A stretch of DNA of 64,000 nucleotides from Candidatus Babeliales bacterium (GCA_963701665.1 OY969622.1:96001-160000), one strand, 5' to 3'. Shown: positions 8,895 to 18,491, counted from the first letter of the stretch. The notes: generated by a model not told the origin, from the sequence alone. Numbers and translations are program-made.

Positions 8895-11396
8895 TTAGCT
8901 TTCAATGTTTTGGCCGATAGTTGTTGGCCCAGCAACGCCGAAACCGCCGAAATTAGGGAAATTAATTTGATCTGTACCATTATTTGTGGCAACACAGTTA
9001 ACCGGGAAAAGAAAAAAAGTGGGTGATGGAGCATTGAAACCAATATTATTAAGCGTTGCGTTACAATCCGTAAAACTATAATTTTGACCGCTTATTATAC
9101 CAAAACCAGTACCACCATTCTGGCTCGCACTACAACCAATAAAAGTCTGTGAATTACCTACAAGATCAAAGCCATCTGTAACATTATATAATGCCGAACT
9201 ATATTGACCAGTAAACTCACCATTTTGTATGCTAAAACCTACTTCATTATGAGATGCAATACAATTTTCACAGGCAGTTTTCGTACCTTGTACTAAAAAT
9301 CCAGTTCCATTTGAATTTGTTGCACTACAATTAGCTAATAAAGTATCAGTAACACCGGTAAATATCGCAAAGCTGCTGCTATCATTGATAACACTTCCAT
9401 TACATTGGTCTGCTACACAATTGTATAGGGATACATTATCAGCGTCCACTACGTATCCATACGCAAAATTACCAATCTCATCTGCTGTTTGCAAAATTTG
9501 AATTGCTTGACAATCAATGAAAATATTATCATTTGCAGTTGTTTCAAAGCCAACTGCATTGCCGGCATCGTCTCCCGTTGGTGATACAGATATATTAGAT
9601 GCCACACAATTTTTAAATAGATTATCGACCCCGCTAGAAATAAAACCTACTGCATTTGTTAATCTACTTGATAAGCCTAACGCTTGACAATTTTGAACTA
9701 CGGAGCCCATGCAGGCTAACTGAAATCCTGCAGTATTTGTCCCAGCACCATTTGATGCAGCTAAGCAAGAATCAAATAAACAGTTCTGACCTGCGTCTAC
9801 GCGGAAGCAAACAAAAGCATTGCCATCGCAATCTTGAACGTCACATGATATAAATCTAAAGGTTATTGCATCGGTTGCATAAATACCTGCAAGGGTCCCT
9901 CCTGTTATCATATTGCTAACGGATATATTAACAAGATCCATACCAAATTGTTGTCCACCTTCTGCATTTAAGTAGACACCATAAACACTAGCATCGGTAA
10001 TACTGACATTAGAAATTTCTGTATATAAACATCCTCCTGCTAATTCCATACCAAAGGAGCCTGTGTTTGCAATATATACATTTTTGATGGTTGAATCGAT
10101 TAAAAAGCTAAACAGCATACCTATGCCCGTTGTATTTGCTACCGTTACACCATCCATGAGCAAATAATTGTCCCCATCACTGAAGAAACCTTGCGCAACA
10201 GTATCAATATAAATATTGAAGAATCTATTACCATTACCTGTTGAACTTATTGCGGTCAAACCTGGCGATTCAGTGATACTTATATCTTCAATTGTTGAAT
10301 TCGTTGTGTTATTAAGAACAATCCCCACCGATGAATTTGTTATTGTGCCATTTTTTATGGTAGTCCCTACGATTCCTGATCCTACTGTAACACCACCAGT
10401 CGTAATCGTGTGAGCGTTCAGATCGAGAGTGACATCATTTGCAGTTATCACAAATGAACCGCTAACATCATTTGCAAGACAATAATAACCACTTTGTGTT
10501 ATGGTTACTGGAGCTGTGAGGGATGTTGCAAAACATGCGGTAATAGCATTGAGTTCGGTAAATACGAAAGACAAATCGATACTTGCAATCGCGCTAAACG
10601 TTCCATCAAACCCATCTGCTAAGATGGTCCATGTTTGTTGAAATTCTGATGTAATATTGTTACAGCATGCGTTAAGTGCGGTAAATGTCCCATCAAACCC
10701 GTCTGCTAAAATGGTCCATGTTTGTTGAAATTCGCTCGTGATATTTTGACAACACGCGTTGAGCGCGGTAAATGTCCCTTGAAAATTCTCCTCAATAACA
10801 ACTGTCAATGTATCAACGAGCTCAGTCAAAATAGATACTGTAGAAATAAACGTACTTACCGTTTCTATTAAGATTTCACTTGAAAATATTGAAATGGTTA
10901 ACAGAACATCATTAAGTATTGAAAACGTTGTTATAAAATTATTTTCAATCTGCTGGCAACACTGATTCAAATTCGTCAGTATTACATTCAATAAATTTCT
11001 GATAGATGAAAGGTCACAAGCTCCAGGCCCAACAATAAATGGCCGCTGTTCTTCTCGCGGCGCTTTCAACGTATCATCATTTGGCAATTCATTAACTAAT
11101 ACTTGATATCGCGCAAGTAATAAAGGATATGCTAGTATTAAATCTTGTAACGGTAATGAATTAGCATTATGTTCAAGTCTTTGGCAACATCTCATTAATG
11201 CTTCAACAGCAGATTCATGATGTATGTAATCATCAAGAGTCAAATTTTCACATAAACCTTTAATAAAAGTTTTAATCGTTTCATCGACGGTAATTTCATT
11301 CTGCAATTCACTACTCGTTGGATCTGGCATGTTAGCGGCAATCACTACGCTAAAACTAAACATGATCATCAAAAACAAACTCGATAAAGACTTCAT
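8895..11396 (-). CDS. Secreted protein: pro-domain + Cys-Cys repeat stalk + right-handed parallel beta-helix
   Basis: RBS aaggag before MKSLSSLF; GPGACDLS; CC repeats; ITQSGYYCLANDV...DVTLDLNAHTI followed by many NC.A..N..GF beta-helix coils. Confidence 0.8.
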   Translation of the reverse strand: MKSLSSLFLMIMFSFSVVIAANMPDPTSSELQNEITVDETIKTFIKGLCENLTLDDYIHHESAVEALMRCCQRLEHNANSLPLQDLILAYPLLLARYQVLVNELPNDDTLKAPREEQRPFIVGPGACDLSSIRNLLNVILTNLNQCCQQIENNFITTFSILNDVLLTISIFSSEILIETVSTFISTVSILTELVDTLTVVIEENFQGTFTALNACCQNITSEFQQTWTILADGFDGTFTALNACCNNITSEFQQTWTILADGFDGTFSAIASIDLSFVFTELNAITACFATSLTAPVTITQSGYYCLANDVSGSFVITANDVTLDLNAHTITTGGVTVGSGIVGTTIKNGTITNSSVGIVLNNTTNSTIEDISITESPGLTAISSTGNGNRFFNIYIDTVAQGFFSDGDNYLLMDGVTVANTTGIGMLFSFLIDSTIKNVYIANTGSFGMELAGGCLYTEISNVSITDASVYGVYLNAEGGQQFGMDLVNISVSNMITGGTLAGIYATDAITFRFISCDVQDCDGNAFVCFRVDAGQNCLFDSCLAASNGAGTNTAGFQLACMGSVVQNCQALGLSSRLTNAVGFISSGVDNLFKNCVASNISVSPTGDDAGNAVGFETTANDNIFIDCQAIQILQTADEIGNFAYGYVVDADNVSLYNCVADQCNGSVINDSSSFAIFTGVTDTLLANCSATNSNGTGFLVQGTKTACENCIASHNEVGFSIQNGEFTGQYSSALYNVTDGFDLVGNSQTFIGCSASQNGGTGFGIISGQNYSFTDCNATLNNIGFNAPSPTFFLFPVNCVATNNGTDQINFPNFGGFGVAGPTTIGQNIES
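10596..10783 (-). repeat. Intragenic 87-bp (29-aa) tandem repeat
   Basis: GTFTALNACC.NITSEFQQTWTILADGFD occurs twice; nucleotide differences are mostly synonymous. Confidence 0.85.
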
Positions 11397-11510
11397 ATCA
11401 GGCTCCTTTTTAAAAACGACTCTTCTCAATTGTACCTACGTTACCGCACTCTAATCCGGGATTTCAATAAAATAAAAACGAAATATAGATAGCCCAAAAA
11501 GGTTATTCCA

Positions 11511-11535
11511 TTACCAGTTAAAATCTTTTTCATAG
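11511..11535 (-). pseudogene. Last codons (YEKDFNW*) of a deleted sulfotransferase copy
   Basis: ttaccagttaaaatctttttcatag matches the 3' end of 12096..12914 in the same flanking context. Confidence 0.75.
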
Positions 11536-11689
11536 ATCATGCCATTTCAAAAATCCAAAAATAAACCCAGAATTACGCAAAAAAGATCCAATACGGTGGG
11601 TTGTTGAAGGAACATTTTCTTGGATGAATCAATTCAGATGTGTTTTTATTCGTATTGTTTCCAGAAAAGTTTAGTTTGCAGACAAGCTC
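11536..11689 (+). mobile_element. IS5-family (IS1031/IS427-like) remnant: transposase C-terminus and one terminal inverted repeat
   Basis: Encodes RWVVEGTFSWMNQFRCVFIR, resembling the IS5 RWVVERTFSW..RFRRL motif; ends tttgcagacaagctc followed by ttaa. Confidence 0.75.
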
Positions 11690-11981
11690 TTAATTCTTGA
11701 TATCGCGCAAGTAATAAAGGATATGCTTGTATCAGATCTTGTAACGGTAATGAATTAGCATTATTTTCAATATGCTGGCAACATCTCTTTAATGCCTCAA
11801 CACCAGATTTATGATGTATGTAATCATCATGAGTTAAATTTTCACACAAGTCTTTAATAAAAGTTTTGATCGTTTCATCGACAGTAATTTCAGGTTCAGT
11901 AGTTGGATCTGGTAAGTTCCCGGCAATCACGGTGCTGAAACTAAACATTATCATCAAAAACAAACTCGATAAAGGCCTCAT
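11690..11981 (-). pseudogene. Truncated duplicate of the 5' end of the 8895..11396 gene
   Basis: Near-identical signal peptide and pro-domain; homology stops at ARYQEL, where the IS end (LRACLQT) begins. Confidence 0.85.
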
Positions 11982-12095
11982 ATCAGACTCCTTTTTAAAA
12001 AATAACCCCTTAATTGTGCCCACGTTGCCTTACTCTAATCTGGGATTTCAAGAAAGTAAAAACAAAAATATAGATAGCTCAAAAAGGTTATTCCG

Positions 12096-12914
12096 TTACC
12101 AATTAAAATCTTTTTCATAGCCAAGATCTATAAGCAATTGCCCAGCAACTTTTTTAAAAGCAGCTTTATGTCTTTCTAAGAAATGTTCTTTCCATGAGCC
12201 AATTTTGCCTTCACGAAACGTCGTCGTTCCGCCAAATAAGACTGACGAGATTTTTTTTGCTTCTTCTCTCGTAATAACATGGCCAAGGAAACTTGCTATT
12301 GCAATAATCTCATGTATCTGTGTTTCTTCATCGCCCCCACCTTCTTTACCTACTAATTTTTCAAATGTCGTCGCGTATACATTAGGTTCAAATCGCCATG
12401 GTAAATAGAGGTTATAAAATGATGCTACATCTTTTACATGAATCCATGGATTTTGTGCAAGAAATATTGTTGACCATAGCATACTTCCATCTGTTATCAA
12501 TGCATCAATAAGCTCATCTAAACTCCATTCATGCTGAGGAGCCCTCTCTATAGTTTTTATCCAAAAAGCTGCCGAAACAATTTGATCGCGTGGATCTCTA
12601 TAAATAAAAACTTTTTTAATACGTACATCGTTCAATTTTTTTATATTTTTTTCAACATAAATCGCATGAGCTATAAGAATAAAAAGCGGACTCGTCATAA
12701 GTATTTTAACCGCTTGATCATCGATCAAAAAGAATCTCTTACGCGGAATAGCCAACTGTGCATAGCAAATTTCTGTCAGCATCTTTAATAATAAATTAGT
12801 GCCACATTTGGGGATAGTGATTGCTGTTACACGATACATATCCTCAGAGCATTGTCCACCTAGTAATCCAACGTAAAGTATAACGATTCCCAGTATATTT
12901 TTTCTCATATTCAT
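12096..12914 (-). CDS. PAPS-dependent sulfotransferase with hydrophobic N-terminus (copy A)
   Basis: 5'-PSB TIPKCGT, 3'-PB YRDPRDQIVS, C-terminal FREGKIGSWKEHF. Confidence 0.88.
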   Translation of the reverse strand: MNMRKNILGIVILYVGLLGGQCSEDMYRVTAITIPKCGTNLLLKMLTEICYAQLAIPRKRFFLIDDQAVKILMTSPLFILIAHAIYVEKNIKKLNDVRIKKVFIYRDPRDQIVSAAFWIKTIERAPQHEWSLDELIDALITDGSMLWSTIFLAQNPWIHVKDVASFYNLYLPWRFEPNVYATTFEKLVGKEGGGDEETQIHEIIAIASFLGHVITREEAKKISSVLFGGTTTFREGKIGSWKEHFLERHKAAFKKVAGQLLIDLGYEKDFNW

Positions 12915-13009
12915 TATCTCCTTCTGATTAAACTGAGGACCGACAGCTCAAATCAAAGGCTATACTGATGGGAAAAAAATACAACCATAGTTAAAAGATT
13001 AATAAAATA

Positions 13010-13240
13010 ACGCGAATTCGATAAAAAAAATTATCAACTTATCACAAAAATATCTCGAAATGTCATCACGAGGAACGTAGTGACGTGGTGACCCAGAACT
13101 TTAATAAATTCCTTTTAATGAATTAATTTTATTATCTGGGTTGCCAACTCCGCTAAAAGCTGCATAGATTCGCAATGACAATTCTGTTTTTATATTATTT
13201 TCTTAGGCTAAATTTATGTTTTTATACATCGAATTCGCGT
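13010..13240. mobile_element. MITE with IS982-like ends carrying palindromic repeat copy 3 (13061..13180)
   Basis: Perfect TIR acgcgaattcgat / atcgaattcgcgt; 7-bp flanking direct repeat taaaata (13003..13009 and 13241..13247). Confidence 0.75.
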
Positions 13241-13417
13241 TAAAATAATAAGGTATTACAGGGAAACGAAGGGTGCGCAAACCAAAAAATTGTGAGTACT
13301 AAAGAAATGCTCGAGACTACGTTCCCTGATAAAAATGGGTATTATGGGATGAACGATTAAGCATTAAACGTGCTGATGTTCTTAAATATGATTAATGCTA
13401 ATGACACTTATTAATGA

Positions 13418-13444
13418 AGGTTCTCCTAATACCTAGGAGAACCT
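13418..13444. terminator. Hairpin downstream of CC-repeat gene
   Basis: aggttctccta-atacc-taggagaacct. Confidence 0.65.
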
Positions 13445-13466
13445 CATCATTTTGTGCCTATGAATG

Positions 13467-14384
13467 CTAACAGGTGCCAACATATGAATCAAGTATACAT
13501 GCACTATTACCTGCAAGATTGTTCAACCTCGTACCATCTGAAACAATAGAGCCATTTGTAGCCATAAGACCAGTAATCAAAGTACTAACTTCAAAGCAAC
13601 AAATAGAAAATGTTACTCTAAGGGTGTTAAAACAACCGGAAATGTCAGTTAATAACGTATTAAGCTCATTTAAATCAGTAGTCAAATCGAAAAATATAGT
13701 ATCAAAATTATTAGTAAGAATGCTGTAGGTGGAGTTAAACCCAAAAGCAATTACCGAATACGTACCTTGAAAATCATTGGCTACTTCTTCACAACAGGTA
13801 GTAAGATCATTTTGATTATGAGCTAAAACAGTAAAAGTCCCAGCAAAATCGTTCGTAATAGTTTCACAACAGACATTCAATATATTTTCTATAGCAGCTA
13901 ATACGGTAAGCGTTCCACTAAAATCAATAGAATTATTTGCACAACATTGCGTAAGCAACGGATATATTTCTTGACTAAGATAATTATATACACCAGCAAG
14001 ATCACATTGCAAAGGGCCGAAAAGCACACCGGGACTATAACGGGATTCTTCTGGAATCATTTCTAATATATGCATTATGTCAGAGAATGCTTCTTGAAGA
14101 GTATTTTCATCACATTCAGTTTTATTTTGCGTCAACTGTTCATAGCATCTCAATAAGCTCTCAGGGAGGCATTCTTCCTTTCGCTGTGCTATCTTATTTT
14201 CAACTATCGTAATTATAAGAGATTTAAGGTAAGAATCATCGGCAAGAACAGTTTTTTTTGTGGCATTGTTATTCTGTTGCACTAGTATTGATGCGCTATC
14301 ATCAGAGGTACTTTCAGCATGATACAAGATACCAATAATAATTAAAAATAATAAAAACAATCTAAAATTATTTTTATTTTTCAT
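13467..14384 (-). CDS. Secreted Cys-Cys repeat protein (paralogue 2)
   Basis: Signal peptide, pro-domain LLRCYEQL, GPLQCDL, CC every 25 aa, terminal Cys. Confidence 0.85.
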   Translation of the reverse strand: MKNKNNFRLFLLFLIIIGILYHAESTSDDSASILVQQNNNATKKTVLADDSYLKSLIITIVENKIAQRKEECLPESLLRCYEQLTQNKTECDENTLQEAFSDIMHILEMIPEESRYSPGVLFGPLQCDLAGVYNYLSQEIYPLLTQCCANNSIDFSGTLTVLAAIENILNVCCETITNDFAGTFTVLAHNQNDLTTCCEEVANDFQGTYSVIAFGFNSTYSILTNNFDTIFFDLTTDLNELNTLLTDISGCFNTLRVTFSICCFEVSTLITGLMATNGSIVSDGTRLNNLAGNSACILDSYVGTC

Positions 14385-14421
14385 GGAATTACTCCTTTTT
14401 TAAGATGCACTACCATTTTGT

Positions 14422-14452
14422 ATACTAAAAAGAAGAATAAATAGAATGCAAG
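14422..14452 (-). promoter_or_regulatory. Putative sigma70-like promoter shared with 17600..17630
   Basis: TTGCAT-18 nt-TAGTAT on the minus strand, upstream of the RBS. Confidence 0.55.
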
Positions 14453-14494
14453 ACATAGTAGAAGATAGAAAAAAATCCTTTTGCGATAAATAGA

Positions 14495-14516
14495 AAGGGG
14501 CACTTGTGTGCCCCTT
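14495..14516. terminator. Hairpin terminator
   Basis: aaggggcac-ttgt-gtgcccctt. Confidence 0.7.
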
Positions 14517-14541
14517 AAAACATTCTACTTACCGTGTTAAT

Positions 14542-15447
14542 TTAACAAGTATTAAACTCGAAAGCGGTGTTTAAGGTACAGTTAGTAAGATCTTCATAGC
14601 TAGAAATAATGTTATTAATAGTCTCATATGTAGTAATAAAATTATTATTAGCCTCGTTTAATAAATTTATCAGATCGTCGCAGCAATTAGCTATTTGGAA
14701 TTCTAAACTGGTGCAACAGGCGTCAAAAGTACCATTCATCTCTCCTACAACAGTATCTAACTCATTTACTAAAGGTATAATAACCCCAAATCCTGCATCT
14801 AATACACTATAAGTACTGTTAAATGCATATGCTAATGCCGAAAATGTGCCGCTGAATTCTGTAAATATCTCTGCACAACATTGGGTAAGAGTAGAATCTA
14901 ATTCGTAGAGCGCGCTAAATGTACCATTGAAGTCATTAGCAATAGTTGCGCAACACTGCGTAAGCGTATTCTCAAATTCACTCAATACGGTAAAGGTGCC
15001 ATTGAAATCAGTAGTCTCGTTATTACAACAAACAACAAGTGCGTCATAGAACTTTCTTAATAATTGATAAATTCCGGACAAATTACATGTTGGTGGTCCT
15101 GCTAAAACATTGGGCACATGTTCGCGAGGGGATTTGTCTGTCATAGATTGTAATTTAATTATTAGTTCGGGTAGAACATTTTTTAATGTTTCTGGCGCAC
15201 AAGTATTGTTTTCATAAAGCTCTTGGTAGCATGCCAATAACTCAGGAGAAATATTTCTCTCAGAATCCTCTAAAGCGTGCTCAACAAAAAAGGTTACCAA
15301 TGTTTTTACTATTTCATGCTCAACTATTATAGTATAACACGGGTCCAAACTGCTTTTCGTATCTGCACCTTGTAAACTTACTACACAATTTTGCGTTAAT
15401 AATAGTATAAGAAAAAGTTTTAAAAAATTTCTCACACGCATAAACAT
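14542..15447 (-). CDS. Secreted Cys-Cys repeat protein (paralogue 3)
   Basis: Signal peptide, LLACYQEL, GPPTCNLS, LTQCC...DFNGTF repeats, terminal Cys. Confidence 0.85.
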   Translation of the reverse strand: MFMRVRNFLKLFLILLLTQNCVVSLQGADTKSSLDPCYTIIVEHEIVKTLVTFFVEHALEDSERNISPELLACYQELYENNTCAPETLKNVLPELIIKLQSMTDKSPREHVPNVLAGPPTCNLSGIYQLLRKFYDALVVCCNNETTDFNGTFTVLSEFENTLTQCCATIANDFNGTFSALYELDSTLTQCCAEIFTEFSGTFSALAYAFNSTYSVLDAGFGVIIPLVNELDTVVGEMNGTFDACCTSLEFQIANCCDDLINLLNEANNNFITTYETINNIISSYEDLTNCTLNTAFEFNTC

Positions 15448-15524
15448 GATACCCCTCTTTTTAGAAAATTGTCTCTTTCATAGTCTCAATCCCTTATGCT
15501 CAAAAATTATGTATGCCACATCTA

Positions 15525-16562
15525 TTAGCCACATGTATGGGCTGTTGGACAGAAAGGATCCGGTACAAGGTGTGTACTTGCTACGCAAAAGTTGTTACAT
15601 TCATGACCTAAGAATGATGCAACAATACTCACAGCGTTTGCTACCTGACTACCCAGCGCAAGCAAAGATTCAAACAATGATGCACAACAATTATCGATTT
15701 GAGTTTCAAAGTTAGTGCAATTTGATGTTAGTGTGGTTAGAACATCATTCAACACTATTGTTATAGCATCGAGCAGTGTAACTGTCCCATTAAAATCTGC
15801 CGTAATTATTGTTTCAGTGCTATTAAATCCATAGTTTAAAGCACTATATGTGCCGCTAAGATCATAGAATTCTACCGCGCAACAATTTGTTAATGTAGTC
15901 TCAAATTCCGCTAAGGCAGAAAATGTACCGTTAAAATCATTAGTAATATTCTCACAGCATATTGTTAAAGTATTTTGAATATAGGCTAAGTCAGAAAAAA
16001 TCATGCCAAAATCTATCGTGTTATTATTACAGCATTGCGTCAGTAAGCTTTCTATGGTCATAAGCAGGTCAATAACTATGGAAGTATTACATAACAATGG
16101 CCCAACGATGGGATGTATTTTTGGATGCAATACCTTTGTATTCGTATCTGCCAAAACATCCAGACTTACTTTTATCACATTACGTAGATCTTCTATTAAA
16201 AAATCGTTTTTATTATTTGATATCTGCTCATAGCATTGCAAGAATCCGTGGGGAAGAGCATTTGTCAAACCTTGCTCTAGAGCATTTTCAACAATAGATG
16301 TTATATAGGATTTGAAAATAGGGTCTTCAACTTTTACATAGATTACATCAGAATTAATTGTTTCCAAAAATTGTATATTTAGTTCATCACCGAGCTTAGA
16401 ATATTCGGCCATGAAATTATCTTTATATGCTTCATCAAATTCCTTAGAGGCTTCTACGAGGAATTCACGACCATCATTTTGCATCATGCCTTGTATTGGC
16501 CACGGATAATGTTGCAGTATTAAAATTGTAAAAAAGAGATTTATACACTTTCCATATTCCAT
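15525..16562 (-). CDS. Secreted Cys-Cys repeat protein (paralogue 4)
   Basis: Signal peptide, FLQCYEQI, GPLLCNTS, CC repeats, Cys-rich tail. Confidence 0.85.
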   Translation of the reverse strand: MEYGKCINLFFTILILQHYPWPIQGMMQNDGREFLVEASKEFDEAYKDNFMAEYSKLGDELNIQFLETINSDVIYVKVEDPIFKSYITSIVENALEQGLTNALPHGFLQCYEQISNNKNDFLIEDLRNVIKVSLDVLADTNTKVLHPKIHPIVGPLLCNTSIVIDLLMTIESLLTQCCNNNTIDFGMIFSDLAYIQNTLTICCENITNDFNGTFSALAEFETTLTNCCAVEFYDLSGTYSALNYGFNSTETIITADFNGTVTLLDAITIVLNDVLTTLTSNCTNFETQIDNCCASLFESLLALGSQVANAVSIVASFLGHECNNFCVASTHLVPDPFCPTAHTCG

Positions 16563-16620
16563 CTAATTTTACTCCTTTTTTCCCTATTTTTACTTGCATC
16601 ATAAAAACAATTTTATCAAT

Positions 16621-17565
16621 CTAGGGTGTACCCCCACAAATTACGCAAGATATGTCGAAGTTTCCACAAACTATGCAACTCGTTGCCGCTGCAAGTTCTT
16701 GGGCATAATCTGTATTCTCCATCATAGTAATTGATTCACTTAAGATAGCACTTGCACTCGATATTAATTCATTACAACAATTAGTAAGCTGGCTTTCAAG
16801 GCTACCACAGCAAGCAATTATTTGGTCAAGAACGGTATTTGCTAGACTTATGTCTGTATCTAACAAAACTTCTACCGTATTAAAATCTGAAGCTAAACGA
16901 GGGAACAATGTATTGATTCCATTGGCAATAACCGTAAATGTACCGATAAAAGCATTATTAAAATCTATACAACATGTAGAAAGCGTATTTTGTATAGCGT
17001 TTATCACGGTAAAAGTACCCTCAAAGTCTGCTGTTGCATTTGCACAACATTGCGTCAAGGTGCCTTGCAAATCATTGAGCTCCGCAAAAATTGCATCAAA
17101 CGAGATGGTAGCCGCATTACAACACTGCGTAAGAAGTCTATAGAGATGGTTAAGCAGACCAATAATCTCAGAAAGATCACATCCTGCAGGCCCTGCAAGA
17201 GGACGTTGCGTTTGGGGGCGAGATGCTTTTACCATTCGATTTAATCCAGCCGTTAAATCAGGAAAAACATCAATAAGATCTTTTACTAAAAACTCTTTCT
17301 CATCTTTACAGACTTGTTCATAGCAGTTTAGCAAACCATTTGAAAGTTGCTCCTGCGCATTATCTTGTAATGCATTTTCAACTAAACTAATCACATAGGA
17401 TTTAAAATGAGGATTATCAACAACGATGCTCTCCTGCACAATGTCACCATGTTGCAGCGCAGCTATTGCAAGATTATCGAATATTATTTCACTTTTCACA
17501 CAGAAAGAAATATGTGGTATTATAAAAAATATAGATAAAAACCATGATTTATTCTTTAATCTCAT
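16621..17565 (-). CDS. Secreted Cys-Cys repeat protein (paralogue 5)
   Basis: Signal peptide, LLNCYEQV, GPAGCDLS, CC repeats, tail CIVC...CVIC. Confidence 0.85.
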   Translation of the reverse strand: MRLKNKSWFLSIFFIIPHISFCVKSEIIFDNLAIAALQHGDIVQESIVVDNPHFKSYVISLVENALQDNAQEQLSNGLLNCYEQVCKDEKEFLVKDLIDVFPDLTAGLNRMVKASRPQTQRPLAGPAGCDLSEIIGLLNHLYRLLTQCCNAATISFDAIFAELNDLQGTLTQCCANATADFEGTFTVINAIQNTLSTCCIDFNNAFIGTFTVIANGINTLFPRLASDFNTVEVLLDTDISLANTVLDQIIACCGSLESQLTNCCNELISSASAILSESITMMENTDYAQELAAATSCIVCGNFDISCVICGGTP

Positions 17566-17599
17566 AAAATTCTCCCCTTTAAAATATACTGTTGTTTTA

Positions 17600-17630
17600 A
17601 TACTAAAAAGAAGAGTAAATATAATGCAAG
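17600..17630 (-). promoter_or_regulatory. Putative sigma70-like promoter shared with 14422..14452
   Basis: atactaaaaagaagagtaaatataatgcaag on +, i.e. TTGCAT-18 nt-TAGTAT on -. Confidence 0.55.
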
Positions 17631-17672
17631 AATTTTTAAGATTACTTCATGACAACGACCAAAAATTTGCCT

Positions 17673-18491
17673 TTACCAACCGAAGTCTTTTTCATAACCA
17701 AGATCTATAAGCAGTTGCCCTGCAACTTCTTTAAAAGCAATTTTATGTCTTTCTAAGAAATGTTCTTTCCATGAACCAATCTTCCCTTCACGAAATGTCG
17801 ATGTACCCCCAAATAATTCGTCGGCAATTTTTTTTGCTTGTTCCCAAGTAAGAGGTTTACCTAAGTGATTTCCTATTGCGATAATTTCTTTTATTTGTTC
17901 ATCCTCACTACCACCTCCTTGTTTTCCGATTAATTTTTCAAACGTTGTGGTATATACATCTGGCTCAAATCGCCATGGTAAATATATATTATAAAATGAA
18001 GCTATATCCGTTATTTGAAGCCAGGGATCGTCAGACAAAAATACTTTGGACCATAAGAACCCGGTGTTCATTATCAATGAATCAATAAGAACATCTAAAT
18101 CCCATGTTTTTTCCTCTATCCTTTCTATAGTCTTTAGCCAAAAAGCTGCAGAGACCACTTGATCACGAGGATCTCGAAATATAAAAACTTTTTTTATTCG
18201 CTCATTACTCATTTTTTTAATATTATCATTAACATAAATTGCATGTCCTACGAGCAACCACCTTGGATCCATCATCAGCATTTTTATGGCATTGGCATCA
18301 ATTAAAAAAAATCTTCTACGAGGAATAGCTACCTTCGCATGAGACATCATTAAAAGCATTTTCGCTAATAGCATGGTACCACATTTAGGGATAGTTATTT
18401 CTGCGACACGATATAAATCAGGATATTGCTGAGCGCATAATCCAACATTAATTATGAATAATGCTATTTTTACTACGTTTTTTATACTCAT
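17673..18491 (-). CDS. PAPS-dependent sulfotransferase (copy B)
   Basis: TIPKCGT, FRDPRDQVVS and FREGKIGSWKEHF motifs; hydrophobic N-terminus. Confidence 0.88.
   Translation of the reverse strand: MSIKNVVKIALFIINVGLCAQQYPDLYRVAEITIPKCGTMLLAKMLLMMSHAKVAIPRRRFFLIDANAIKMLMMDPRWLLVGHAIYVNDNIKKMSNERIKKVFIFRDPRDQVVSAAFWLKTIERIEEKTWDLDVLIDSLIMNTGFLWSKVFLSDDPWLQITDIASFYNIYLPWRFEPDVYTTTFEKLIGKQGGGSEDEQIKEIIAIGNHLGKPLTWEQAKKIADELFGGTSTFREGKIGSWKEHFLERHKIAFKEVAGQLLIDLGYEKDFGW

Noticed and set aside
13467..17565. NGT/NST as conserved N-glycosylation sequons
   Set aside because: The Asn position varies freely (DFSGT, DFAGT, DFQGT, DFEGT); better explained by the repeat consensus
13467..17565. CC proteins as lanthipeptide or other RiPP precursors
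   Set aside because: Mature regions are ~180 aa with Sec signals; no LanB/C/M, YcaO or radical SAM gene in the window
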